Origin: Candidatus Multivoradales bacterium
GTDB lineage: Bacteria; Acidobacteriota; Thermoanaerobaculia; Multivoradales; J023
Direction: 5' to 3'
NCBI GenBank assembly: GCA_965248925.1
Contig: CBDFLE010000006.1
Span: 704,001 to 768,000, forward strand
DNA: 64,000 bases
The notes under the pieces were generated by a model. The model was not told where the DNA came from, made no database searches, and worked only from the letters and a program-made list of their open reading frames with translations. The position numbers were made by a program, and so were the translations under genes. Positions 28,832 through 39,059 of the stretch are shown piece by piece. How positions within the stretch are numbered: position 1 is the stretch's first letter; each line of letters begins with the position of its first letter.

Positions 28832-29704
28832 TCAGCCGCAGTTGTTGCCAGTCGGCGAACCGGAGTACCAGCCACCAACCGTGGCCTGTTCGTAGAAGGC
28901 GTCCCAGTAGGTGTAGCGAGCCCGCCGGCAGCGGGTCACCGAGCTGATCGCCACGTAGGCGTAGTTGCCATTGCTGACGTCGCGGCGCATGCTGTTGGGG
29001 TAGTTGAAGCTGTTCGAGCTGCAGGTGTGCTTGTAACCCAGCTCCATGCGAATGGCACCCCAATTGCTTTTGTTGCAAATCCGCGCCTTGAGGTAATTCG
29101 ACTTGCCGTCGACATTGCAACCAGACTCGCGATAGACCGGCCCCCAATCGTAGGGGCCGCTACCAATACCGGTGCAATGGGACTTGGCTGCCGAGGCGTT
29201 CAGGTGGTCGCCAATATCGATGACACCCGGTACCGCGTCGACCAGCCGCCGGCCGCGGATCAGCTCTTCGCTGCGCGCCGCCCCGATCTTCTGGCTATAG
29301 CGCACCAGATCCGCGGGTACCGGAAAATCGACAGGCACCAACTGCAGATAGGCTTCGAGCATCGACCAACGGTCGAGTTCGTCGTCAGCAAATACCGGAC
29401 CGCCACGATCAGCCGGGCCGGTCTCCCACAGAATCAACTCTCTGAGGGATGGATTGGACAGGAACTCGATCACGTTGCCATTGTCCTGCTGGATCGTTGC
29501 CAAGGCGATCGCCCGATCGTCGTAGAAGTGGTCCTCTTCTTTCTCGGACCTGCCCTTGCCAGTGTCCACTTGCGCCGCGACCGGGAGTGCGACGGCGAAG
29601 ATCAAGGCGGCTGTCGCCAAACGGAGCGGGCCGTTCCAACCCCGCTTTGGATTGTGGATCGGTGGATCGTGGGTCAGGTGGGTGCTGCTTTGGCTCTGCG
29701 ACAT
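28832..29704 (-). CDS. Exported hypothetical protein with a Cys-rich C-terminal domain
   Basis: Signal-like ALIFAVALPVAAQ, acidic middle region, six Cys in the last ~115 aa; start uncertain. Confidence 0.6.
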   Translation of the reverse strand: MSQSQSSTHLTHDPPIHNPKRGWNGPLRLATAALIFAVALPVAAQVDTGKGRSEKEEDHFYDDRAIALATIQQDNGNVIEFLSNPSLRELILWETGPADRGGPVFADDELDRWSMLEAYLQLVPVDFPVPADLVRYSQKIGAARSEELIRGRRLVDAVPGVIDIGDHLNASAAKSHCTGIGSGPYDWGPVYRESGCNVDGKSNYLKARICNKSNWGAIRMELGYKHTCSSNSFNYPNSMRRDVSNGNYAYVAISSVTRCRRARYTYWDAFYEQATVGGWYSGSPTGNNCG

Positions 29705-29888
29705 TATGCTTTTTCTCCATTGCGGAATTGAGGTGGAAGCGACCCATGTCCCCGACATCGGGGAAGAGCCATGGGGAAGGCCCCTTGGGCTGCTCATGGA
29801 CGCCTCTCGCGTCTTACCGAACGGATAAGCAACGAACGACACTGGGTGATCTCCTCACCCGGCGGTAAAAAATTTCAGGGCAGGGATC

Positions 29889-31673
29889 TCACTCCGGGTT
29901 GGCGGCCAACCAGGCGCGGGTATCGCGAATCTGCGGCAGTTCGGGATCGGCCTCGCTCCAGGTTTCGAGCAGCTGCTGCATGGCCTGGCGAGAGGCGGTT
30001 TCGTCGCCCTCCAGCACCCAGCTGCGAGCGATGCCGAACCAGGCGTGGCCACTGCCTGGACGCAGCTCTAGTACGCCTTCAAAAGCCCGCCTAGCCGCTG
30101 CGGGCCGGCCGGCCCGCAAATGCGCTTCGCCCAGGCTCTCGAGCACTGGTCGTGAGTAATGTGGCGGCTCCCAATAGCCCAACTGGCGCTCCATTTCGAC
30201 CGCCCTCTCGAGTGCTTCTACAGCCTGCTCATGACGTCCCAAGAGACTCAAGATATTGCCGTTGAGTTCGAAGGTGGCGAGGACCAGCAAACGCTTGGCG
30301 GCACCGAAATACCAATCGCCACCGGGTTCGGCCTGGCGGTTGCGGAGGTCCGTGGATCGGGTGGTGAGCTGCTGGAAGGCCAGCCCAGCGGCTTCGCCAT
30401 CGCCCTGGCGAACGGCTTCCATACCGCGGCAATACTCCACCAAGCCACGCAGGTAGGCCACCGCCAGATCACTGGGGGGCGAGCGCTCGGCAAGTGTCCG
30501 TTCAAGACTGTCAGCAGCGGCACCAAAGGCGCCATAGCGCATGTGCAGCCGCGCCGCCGCGGTCTCGGCGGCGTAGAGCAGGAATCCTTGCCCGGCCGCC
30601 TTATGTCGGTGCGGCTGGGCCTTCATGCCGCCTACCTCCTCGGCCCAACGCAATCCTTCCCGGTAGCGCCCGTCCTCAGAGCAGGTGGCAACCAGGTAGT
30701 CGAGGTTGTGAATGTAGTTCCAATGATCGGCCGGCTCCACTCCGGATTCCTCCAGGTAGCGCCGATCGTATTCGTAGGCGTCGAGAAATGAGGCGCGGGC
30801 ACGGCGGTGGTCTCCGAGCAGGAAATAGACATGCCCAGGCATGTGGCGGATGTGCCCCATACCCGGCGCCAGCGCAGCGATTTTCTCCGCGGAGCGCAAG
30901 GCCAGCGATGGATCTCCATACTCATGGGCGTGGATCCAATAGTGATGCACGGCAAAGTTGTCCGAGTGGGCCGCCACCAACGGGGTGAGAATCTCTACCG
31001 ACCGAGTTGCGGCCGAGACCAGGCCATCCTCGGCGCTTCTGCTCGGGTCGATGAAATAGCCGCCGGTGTCGGTGAGCAGAAACTTGACCAAGAAGAGGTG
31101 GCCGTCGACATCCTCGGGATAGGCTTCGAGAAGGGCGTGCATTGCTTCGAGAAAGCCATCCTGGCCATCACCTGCGAGGCGCCCATTGAGCCGAAGCAGA
31201 GCATCCAGGTAGTACCGCTCTTGGATGCTACAGCGGGTCCGCAACTGCTCCATGTGGTCCAAGGCCAGGGTGCGTTCGCCGGGATGTTCATGCTGGTTGT
31301 AGTTCAGCGACATATACAACCCCCACCAAGCCATCGCCGCCTCAGAATCGTGCCGCAGGGCGGCGAGAAAAGCTCGGCGAGCCTCGAAGTCCCAAAACCC
31401 GTGCAGCAAGGCCAAGCCTTGGTCAAAGAACCGCTGGCTAGTTGCCGAGGTGGTGGAGATCTTCATCGATAAGCCACCGAGCCCTTCCAGCCAGGTAGGC
31501 TCACCGAGCGACTCGGCGGCCAGCAGAGCGCTCAGCCTGGAATCTTGACTAGTGCCGGCAGCAGCCGGGGCGCCCCCTCCATCTGCCGACGGAATGCAGC
31601 CGAGAACCAGCAAGGCGACACACAACCCGCAGCAGAGGGTGGCGAGGAGATGGGAGGAGAGCGGCGATCTCAT
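29889..31673 (-). CDS. TPR-repeat (lipo)protein
   Basis: QRFFDQGLALLHGFW, HHYWIHAHE, GHIRHMPGHVY, PPHYSRPVLESLG; lipobox-like LVLGC. Confidence 0.8.
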   Translation of the reverse strand: MRSPLSSHLLATLCCGLCVALLVLGCIPSADGGGAPAAAGTSQDSRLSALLAAESLGEPTWLEGLGGLSMKISTTSATSQRFFDQGLALLHGFWDFEARRAFLAALRHDSEAAMAWWGLYMSLNYNQHEHPGERTLALDHMEQLRTRCSIQERYYLDALLRLNGRLAGDGQDGFLEAMHALLEAYPEDVDGHLFLVKFLLTDTGGYFIDPSRSAEDGLVSAATRSVEILTPLVAAHSDNFAVHHYWIHAHEYGDPSLALRSAEKIAALAPGMGHIRHMPGHVYFLLGDHRRARASFLDAYEYDRRYLEESGVEPADHWNYIHNLDYLVATCSEDGRYREGLRWAEEVGGMKAQPHRHKAAGQGFLLYAAETAAARLHMRYGAFGAAADSLERTLAERSPPSDLAVAYLRGLVEYCRGMEAVRQGDGEAAGLAFQQLTTRSTDLRNRQAEPGGDWYFGAAKRLLVLATFELNGNILSLLGRHEQAVEALERAVEMERQLGYWEPPHYSRPVLESLGEAHLRAGRPAAARRAFEGVLELRPGSGHAWFGIARSWVLEGDETASRQAMQQLLETWSEADPELPQIRDTRAWLAANPE

Positions 31674-31961
31674 TCAGGATAGTCCTTGTCCGTGGCTCAA
31701 CATTGGTGAGAAGTCGATCAGACTCTCTCAGCAGTGTAGGAAGGGCCGTCGAGAGGTGTCAACCACCGCCGTCATATCTGCCGTAATCGGTGCCTGGCAG
31801 AAGTATTCTCCAGCTCCATCCATCAGCATCCTTCGGCTAGAATAGGTGGATCGGCTTGATCACCGATCACCGCGCTGCTCCCTTGCCGCCCCGATCGCAG
31901 CCCTGTTCCACGGTGCTCGCCCATAGCCGAGTGACGACCCCCAACTGGAGACTAGCCACCG

Positions 31962-33761
31962 ATGACCGCTACCACCACTCTGCCGGTTGCCGAGAACCGC
32001 ACCTGGGACCTGTCCGATTTGCTCGCCGAACCGACCGAGGCGGTGATCGGTGCCGAGCTTGCCACCCTAGAAGAGGAGGTGGCGGCGTTTGGCGATCACC
32101 GCCAGACCCTCGATCCGGCGATGACGCCGGCTGAATTCCTCGCCGTCGTCGAGCACCACCAGGCTATTCACGAGCACCTCAAGCGACTCGCCGGCTACGC
32201 CAGTTTGTGGTTCGCCGCCGACACCCAGTCGGCCGCGGCACTGTCCTACCGCAACCGCATTCAACAAATCCTCACCCAACACCAAAACCGGATGATGTTC
32301 TTCGGCCTGTGGTGGAAGGACCTCGCAGACGCTGCGGCCGAGCGGCTCTTACCGAACACTGCCGAAACCGCCGACCAACGCCACTTCCTCGAAGAAATGC
32401 GGCTGTTCAAACCCTACACCTTGGACGAGCGTTCCGAGCAGATCATCAACCTGAAAGAGGCCAACGGCGTCTCCGCCCTGCTCACCCTCTACTCGATGCT
32501 GACCAGCCGTCTGGAATTCGACATCGAGGTCGACGGCGAGATGCGCAAACTCACCGATGGCGAGATGCGCGGTCATTTCTACTCCCCAGATCCGGACCTG
32601 CGGCGGCGGATCTACCTGCAGCTCTATGGTGAAGTCTACCCTCGCGAGTCGCAGGTTCTGGCTCAGATCTACGCCAACCGGGTTCGGGACTGGCACACTG
32701 AATACGTCGAGTTACGCGGTTTCAGCTCGCCGATCGCGGTGCGCAATCTATCGAACGACGTGCCGGACACCGCGGTCGAAGCGTTGCTTGAAGTATGCCG
32801 CCGCAACACCCCTCTCTTCCAGGAGTATTTTCGCCTCAAGGGCGGCTGGTTGGGCATGGATCAGCTGCGCCGCTACGATCTCTACGCCCCCTTGGCGAGT
32901 TCCGACAAGACGGTGGACTACGCCACTGGAGTGGCTGAGGTGCTCGCTACTTTTCGCGGCTTCGATGGCCGCTTCGCCGATCTGGCCGAGCGGGTCTTCA
33001 GCGAGCGCCACATCGACAGCGAGGTCCGCAAGGGCAAACGCGGCGGCGCTTTCTGCGCCACCCTGGTGCCCGGAATGACCCCCTGGGTTCATCTTAGCTA
33101 CAGCGGCAGGGTCCGCGACATCGCGACCCTGGCGCACGAACTCGGCCACGCCGTCCACAGCATGATGGCCGAACACCACTCGGTGCTGACCCAGCATCCT
33201 TCTTTGCCGCTGGCCGAGACCGCCTCGGTCTTCGCCGAGATGCTCTGCACCGACCGCTTGCTGGCCACCGAAACCGATCCAATGACTCGCCGCGAGCTGC
33301 TCGCCGCGCTGATGGACGACATCTACGCCACCGTCATGCGCCAGGCCAATTTTGTGCGTTTCGAACTCGCTGCCCATCAGGCGGTGCTCGACAACAAGAA
33401 CGCCGAAGACCTCAGCGATCTCTATCTCGAGCAACTGCGCGAGCAGTTTGGCGACTCGATGACGATAGGTCCCGAGATGCGCTACGAGTGGCTGTCGATC
33501 CCCCATCTCTTCTCCACCCCTTTCTACTGCTACGCCTACAGCTTCGGCCAACTCCTGGTGCTGGCCTTGTACCGCCGCTACCAAGAGCAAGGCGAGGACT
33601 TCAAAGAAGGCTACTTCCGTCTGCTGGCGTATGGTGGTGCGGCGCGACCGCAGGCGATCTTGAGCGAGCTCGACATCGACATCAACGACCCCACCTTCTG
33701 GCAGGGCGGTTTCGACGTGGTGCGGGGCATTCTCGACGAGTTGCGGGCCATCGAACTCTGA
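31962..33761 (+). CDS. pepF: M3B oligoendopeptidase F
   Basis: TWDLSDL, GKRGGAFC, TLAHELGHAVH (HExxH), AETAS, IPHL..PFYCYAYSFG. Confidence 0.9.
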   Translation: MTATTTLPVAENRTWDLSDLLAEPTEAVIGAELATLEEEVAAFGDHRQTLDPAMTPAEFLAVVEHHQAIHEHLKRLAGYASLWFAADTQSAAALSYRNRIQQILTQHQNRMMFFGLWWKDLADAAAERLLPNTAETADQRHFLEEMRLFKPYTLDERSEQIINLKEANGVSALLTLYSMLTSRLEFDIEVDGEMRKLTDGEMRGHFYSPDPDLRRRIYLQLYGEVYPRESQVLAQIYANRVRDWHTEYVELRGFSSPIAVRNLSNDVPDTAVEALLEVCRRNTPLFQEYFRLKGGWLGMDQLRRYDLYAPLASSDKTVDYATGVAEVLATFRGFDGRFADLAERVFSERHIDSEVRKGKRGGAFCATLVPGMTPWVHLSYSGRVRDIATLAHELGHAVHSMMAEHHSVLTQHPSLPLAETASVFAEMLCTDRLLATETDPMTRRELLAALMDDIYATVMRQANFVRFELAAHQAVLDNKNAEDLSDLYLEQLREQFGDSMTIGPEMRYEWLSIPHLFSTPFYCYAYSFGQLLVLALYRRYQEQGEDFKEGYFRLLAYGGAARPQAILSELDIDINDPTFWQGGFDVVRGILDELRAIEL

Positions 33762-33774
33762 TCCTCATCTACCC

Positions 33775-34854
33775 ATGGCTGCCGATCGACGCCCGCGGCG
33801 GGGTGCAAGAACTGCTCCTAAACAAGCCCCAGACGGCGGCATCGCAGCCGCTGTCGAGCACTTGGCCAGCGACGCGCGACTACGCCTCGCCCACCACCCC
33901 CAAGGCCACTTGGTGAGCGCCCGCGACGCCGAACTCGAAATCACTCTTCGCGTGCCGCTGTCAGGCAACGCCGAACAGCTCAGGGAAGTCACCGCCGAGG
34001 GACAGCGAGCACTGGCTGGAGAGATCGAAGCGCTGCTCCTCCACCGGGCAGCCTTTCGCCCCGGCCGAGTGCTGGATCTGAACGACGGCGGCAGTGATAG
34101 CGACAGCAGCATCCCTGCCGATCCGCGGCAAGTGTTCAGCAGCTACGGCCCCACCGGCAAACCCATCTGGGTCGACTTTGGCCAATATCTGCTAGAACGC
34201 CAGGATCCGCGGGTCGACCTGCTCTACCGCCGGCCACCGGCGCTGGTGACCCAGGTGGTCTCGGGGCGTGAACTCAGCGCCCTGCTGCTTCCCGCCTTTG
34301 CCGAGCATCCAACCAGCTACCGCATCCATGGGCAAGTGGTCGCCGGCTGGTTCTTGGTACCCCAGGCGAAAGACGGCAAGCGGCTACTCGCCCTGACTTT
34401 GCAGGTAGTCTCCTGCGCCGGACGCCGCGGGCGCCGGCGCTTGGGACTCAACATCTTGGGCGCTAGTCCGGGCGGGCAGCCTTGGGAAGATCTGTGGGAT
34501 GGCGAGCGGCGTCCACCGTGGTCGGCGGCGGCGCAGTGGGGGCAGTCGGTGTTGACCAGCGTCGAGCGATCCCAGGGACGCAAATCGGTCAGCCCGGCCC
34601 TACTATCGCAGCGCATCGAGGGGTTGCTCGGCGGCATCGGCCGACGTTTGGAGCAGGTGCACCGAGCCCGCAAGCGACGCACCGACCACGCCCAACACCG
34701 CCACCGCGAAGGGGACCGCCCGACTCGCATGGCGCTCCAAGACCTGGCTCGCGCAGGCGTCGGCGATGTGTTCCACGACACCCGCCAGGAGACCTTGATC
34801 GTGCTCGGAGAACGCGGCCGAGCCCACGTCTTCACCGCCAACGGCCCGAGGTAG
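33775..34854 (+). CDS. Hypothetical protein
   Basis: 359-aa ORF directly after pepF with typical codon usage; no family recognised. Confidence 0.6.
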   Translation: MAADRRPRRGARTAPKQAPDGGIAAAVEHLASDARLRLAHHPQGHLVSARDAELEITLRVPLSGNAEQLREVTAEGQRALAGEIEALLLHRAAFRPGRVLDLNDGGSDSDSSIPADPRQVFSSYGPTGKPIWVDFGQYLLERQDPRVDLLYRRPPALVTQVVSGRELSALLLPAFAEHPTSYRIHGQVVAGWFLVPQAKDGKRLLALTLQVVSCAGRRGRRRLGLNILGASPGGQPWEDLWDGERRPPWSAAAQWGQSVLTSVERSQGRKSVSPALLSQRIEGLLGGIGRRLEQVHRARKRRTDHAQHRHREGDRPTRMALQDLARAGVGDVFHDTRQETLIVLGERGRAHVFTANGPR

Positions 34855-35223
34855 GCTAGCCTTCAGTCTTGCAACCGAGTCGCAAGCTGCCGAAAGTCAA
34901 GCACCCGCCAGGGGATTTTCTGGATCGACATCGGCAGCGGCAGCGAGCGCCGCCTCACCGACACTGGCGGCTGGCCGGTCTGGTGGCCAAGCGGCGACCG
35001 CCTTGCCTATCAGGTGGTCGGCGCGGACGGAAATCAGCAGCTACGCTCGGTGTGGATCGACAGCGGCCGCCAGGAAACTCTAGGGCACATCGAAGACGAC
35101 GGCGTCAATCATCCTTTCAACATCTCCCCCACCGGTGATTTGTTGATTACCGGCAACAGCCAGCCGATCAGCAACGAGATCTGGTGGATCGGAACAGCCG
35201 CCGAAAACTGAAAAGATCGCGGC

Positions 35224-36414
35224 TCAGATATCGTCGAGTCGGCGGGTCAAGGTGACGACGCGACCAGTTGGGCCGACCCGGCGAAAACCGAGCAAGTGGA
35301 AAAGTTCCAACGCCAGCCACCGCGCCCAGCGCCGATCGACCCGATAGGACCGAGCCAGACGAGGATGACGGCGCACCCCTGGTAGCCAATGGACCCAGCG
35401 GTCAAAGCGCAAACGCCGCACTGCCGCCGACACCTTCAACCACAGCGGTCGAATAGGGTTGACGATGAAAAAGCCGTCCGATCCCTGGCTCTGATACAGC
35501 GGCATCAGCAACAAGCCGGTGACCGGCGCCGCGATCGGCCCACCGCGATCATCGGCCAGAATCTGACCGTCCTCCACCAGCTGAAAAGTGCGGAAACCGG
35601 GCCGCATGCAAAACTCGTCGCCGGGCTGCAAATGGTGGCGGCTCGATACCTCCACCACATGAGGTAACGAGCCGCTCTCGCGCTCGAGACGATCCCGTGC
35701 CGCCGCCGCCTCGGGGCGCTGTCCGCGGCGGCTGACCCCGGCGGCCTCGAGGGCGATCCAGATCGCCGCTTCGGCGCGGTCCACAGCCGCTTCCTCTTCG
35801 TGCTGGCCGGACTCGAAACCGGCCACCCGAACACCACGCTGACTGAGGTAGAACGACATCGTCCCGGCCAGTTCTTCTTCGAGACCTAGTACCAAGGTGA
35901 CCGGCAGCTCGAGAGCAAAGCGACGGTTGTTGAGGGTGTCGTCCAAAGGCGCCCAAGCCGGTGCTGGACCCGAGGTGGTGTGGAGATCAAACACCGTGAT
36001 CTCGCCGCCGGCCTCGGCGATGAGCTCTTCCAACTGCTGATCGAGTTCGCGCAGCTCGGCGTCCTCGGCCTCCAGCGGCTGGTCGGTGGAACGAACGTAT
36101 TCGAGCCGCTCCGGAGTCCAATGGCGATTGAAATCGTGTTGCAAGAAACGCTGACCGGCGGCCAGAGCACGCCGATTGCCAGCCAAGCCCACTAACTTAC
36201 CAGCCAGTTCTGAAGGGTGATCGCTCAAACGGCGAAAGACCCGTTGCAAAGCCCTCACGCCAGCGGGCTCGTTGCCATGCAACCCGGCAACGCAGATCAG
36301 CATCGGCCCGTCGCCAATTCCAGCGCGGCCAAGAACACGTGGTATTCGCAGGGTGGAGGCTCCCTTATGCGGTGCGGAGCTGCTCTCCTCACGGTCTAAC
36401 AATAGCTGGCTCAA
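35224..36414 (-). CDS. Succinylglutamate desuccinylase/aspartoacylase family (M14-like) protein
   Basis: AGLHGNEPAG, DFNRHW, DLHTTS, GFESGQH, LLMPLYQ. Confidence 0.9.
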   Translation of the reverse strand: MSQLLLDREESSSAPHKGASTLRIPRVLGRAGIGDGPMLICVAGLHGNEPAGVRALQRVFRRLSDHPSELAGKLVGLAGNRRALAAGQRFLQHDFNRHWTPERLEYVRSTDQPLEAEDAELRELDQQLEELIAEAGGEITVFDLHTTSGPAPAWAPLDDTLNNRRFALELPVTLVLGLEEELAGTMSFYLSQRGVRVAGFESGQHEEEAAVDRAEAAIWIALEAAGVSRRGQRPEAAAARDRLERESGSLPHVVEVSSRHHLQPGDEFCMRPGFRTFQLVEDGQILADDRGGPIAAPVTGLLLMPLYQSQGSDGFFIVNPIRPLWLKVSAAVRRLRFDRWVHWLPGVRRHPRLARSYRVDRRWARWLALELFHLLGFRRVGPTGRVVTLTRRLDDI

Positions 36415-36575
36415 GCTTGGATCCCCGTCAACGGTCTACCACGCGGTCCCGCCGTTTGGCAGCGGTGTGGAGTGCCGGCCCGAAGGCCCATCATACTCCG
36501 AGCACCTGCCGAAGGCCAGCCCATCGCGGCCTAGAAAAGCGCGGTAAAGAGACTCCGAAGAGCTGCCGCGAAGTT

Positions 36576-39044
36576 TCAGCCGAGATCGAAAATTCGCCCC
36601 ACCAGCATCTGCAAAGGGAACCGTGCCAGAGCACCGGCGGCGGCGGCGAACTCGTCATAGGACCGCACCTCGTCGGCCTCGATACCCTCGCCCCAGAGCA
36701 ACACCGGCAAGGGATCGGCGCCGTGCTGGCCACTCTCGGATAGGGTCGCGTGATCGCCAGCCACCGCGATCCGCAAAGGGCGCGGAGAGTTGGCGAGAAA
36801 CTCGCCAAGAGACTTGTCCACCTTCTCCAGAAAAGCTGCTTTGAGCTCCGGACGCTGATCGTGGGCTGCAATATCGGCACCCTTCACATGCACCACCACT
36901 AAATCACTGCGCCCGAGGGCCTTCGACGCCAGTGTCAGCTTGGCCGAAAGATCGGTGTCGAGGTTGGCCGTCATGCGCTCGTCGCAGAGAGTCTCGGCCC
37001 CCAACCAGCGAGCCATGCCTAGGATGGTGCGGTCGCCACTGATGCAGGTCAGCTGCAACGGAACTCCACCGACCTCGAGCTGCACCAGCCGATGCACCCG
37101 CCCGGCACCGCGGGTCAAGAGAGCGTTGGCCGGTGCTAAATTGCGCGCCTGGCGGTCGAGGTTGACCGGGTGCCGGGCCAGCAGCCGGCGCGCCCGCTGC
37201 TCGAACAATGCCAACAGACGGGCGGTAAACACCCCCCTCTCGTCCGCCGGGTCGATCGGCTGCGGGGTCAACGGCGGACCGGACGGGGCGCCGTCTCCGG
37301 GATCGCTACCCACCACCGCCGAGGACAAGCCCTCGCCACGCAGCACGATGGCCAGCCGGTGCTCCGTGGCCGCCCGAACTCTGACCTCGATATCGTCAAA
37401 GCCATCCTGCGCCAACGGCATGCGGTCGAGCGCCTGCGCCAGCTCCACCGTTCCTTCGCGAATGCGGCCCGCCCGGCGATCGATCACCCGGCCGCTGTCG
37501 TCGAGAGTGGCGAAGTTGCCGCGCAAAGCGATGTCGCCGGCACGCAGCTCGATACCCGCCCCCAAAGCCTCGATCGGTCCCCGCTTCATCGCCGCGGGAG
37601 ACTGGCCGAACAGGGCCAGACATCCGGCCGCGGTATCCCCCACCACACCCGGAGCAATGGGGTCGGCCAAACCACACTGTCCTGCAGCCGCCAAGCGGTC
37701 TAGGTGCGGAGTTTCGGCCGCTTGCAGCGGGGTGCGTCCACCGAGCGCCCGCACCGGTCGGTCGGCCAAGCCGTCAATAATCAGCAACAATGCCGGGGTC
37801 AAATGGGTGCGCTGTCTCCAGCTCGCATCAGCCAGGCCCGGCAAGCGCTTTTGCAGCAAGCCGGTCACTACCCGCAATGCCTGACCCACCGGCGGATCAC
37901 TAGTCGAAGTTTCGACCAGCGGAACCTCATGGGTCTCGGCCTGCTCGACCAAGAAGTCCTGAATCGCCCGAATTGCCGGAAAGTTCTCCAGGTACCGTTC
38001 GGCGCGGCGGCTACTCAGCCGCGCCCGGCCAAGGAAACGCGAGCGATGAGTCTCCTTATCAGGGGTCATCAGCACCATGGGAACCTGATACACCGCACCT
38101 TCTAGATCGCCAAAAGGCACCAGCGGCGGGTACAAGTGGACCCCTTCTATCAGCACGTTCATATTCTCGGCCGTTGCCCGCTCGACCACCGCCCGCAAGC
38201 CCACCGCGATTCGGGTCGCCTGCTCTTCGAAGCTGCGCAGTACTTTCTCTTTGAATTCCGGCTCGTGCGGCAGTCCGCGGCGCTCTTCCACGACGCCGAG
38301 AGGCGGCGCCACCTCGAAGCTTGAGTTGTAGAGTGCGGGCAGCATCTGCGGCGAGAAAACCATTCGCATGACCTGCCGGATGGTGTCTGTTGCGTTGATC
38401 CGATAGATCCGCAACAGCGGCGCCAGCTCCAAGGCCAGAGTGGACTTTCCGGTGCCACTCGAACCCCCCAGGTAGATCACCAAGGGGCGCGGCAGACTGC
38501 GAATCCGCCGCACCAGACGATAGCGCCGGGCAGTCTCGGCCCCTTCCCAGCGCTCTAGCAGATCACCGACTCGACGAGCAATCTCGTCACTGCTGGCGAC
38601 CGTTACCTGATCCGCCGCCAGTTCACCCTCCAACTCCGTGACCAGCCGATAGGCACGATCCAAATCCGGACCCGCGGCGTGGATTGAGCGGGCCAACAAA
38701 CCACGCGAGAAGGGGTGCTTCTCGTCTTGGTAAATAACAAAGCGCTCAGGCTCTGAGGACGAAGACTCGGCAAAGGCCGCGGCTTGCTCGCCAAAAGTTG
38801 ATACCAGTTGCTCCTGCACCAGATCGCGCAGCTCCGCGGTACTGACCTCCACACGCTCCGCCAAGCGGTCGCGAATCGCCCGAGCAACAGCATAGCTTTC
38901 ATCGAATCCCAGACCGCGCTGAATCAGATCGTGGGTCAACATGCCGCGCAAAAATCGTTGCCGGGTACCGTCTGCAGCGGTGACTAGCAGAGGTTGCCTG
39001 CGAGCCTTCTGCGACTGGCGTCGCGGGTCACTCTTCTTGCTCAC
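36576..39044 (-). CDS. Fusion of tandem ATP-cone/2-phosphoglycerate kinase and cofactor-independent phosphoglycerate mutase (ApgM-type)
   Basis: RFLRGML and PFSRGLLARS (ATP-cone-like), LGGSSGTGKSTLA, TDTIRQVMR, IEGVHL; then IIDGLADRP..GGRTPLQAA, RGNFAT, DRRAGR, HVKGADIAAHD, GDHAT. Confidence 0.85.
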   Translation of the reverse strand: MSKKSDPRRQSQKARRQPLLVTAADGTRQRFLRGMLTHDLIQRGLGFDESYAVARAIRDRLAERVEVSTAELRDLVQEQLVSTFGEQAAAFAESSSSEPERFVIYQDEKHPFSRGLLARSIHAAGPDLDRAYRLVTELEGELAADQVTVASSDEIARRVGDLLERWEGAETARRYRLVRRIRSLPRPLVIYLGGSSGTGKSTLALELAPLLRIYRINATDTIRQVMRMVFSPQMLPALYNSSFEVAPPLGVVEERRGLPHEPEFKEKVLRSFEEQATRIAVGLRAVVERATAENMNVLIEGVHLYPPLVPFGDLEGAVYQVPMVLMTPDKETHRSRFLGRARLSSRRAERYLENFPAIRAIQDFLVEQAETHEVPLVETSTSDPPVGQALRVVTGLLQKRLPGLADASWRQRTHLTPALLLIIDGLADRPVRALGGRTPLQAAETPHLDRLAAAGQCGLADPIAPGVVGDTAAGCLALFGQSPAAMKRGPIEALGAGIELRAGDIALRGNFATLDDSGRVIDRRAGRIREGTVELAQALDRMPLAQDGFDDIEVRVRAATEHRLAIVLRGEGLSSAVVGSDPGDGAPSGPPLTPQPIDPADERGVFTARLLALFEQRARRLLARHPVNLDRQARNLAPANALLTRGAGRVHRLVQLEVGGVPLQLTCISGDRTILGMARWLGAETLCDERMTANLDTDLSAKLTLASKALGRSDLVVVHVKGADIAAHDQRPELKAAFLEKVDKSLGEFLANSPRPLRIAVAGDHATLSESGQHGADPLPVLLWGEGIEADEVRSYDEFAAAAGALARFPLQMLVGRIFDLG

Positions 39045-39059
39045 CCCAAAACACCTCGC

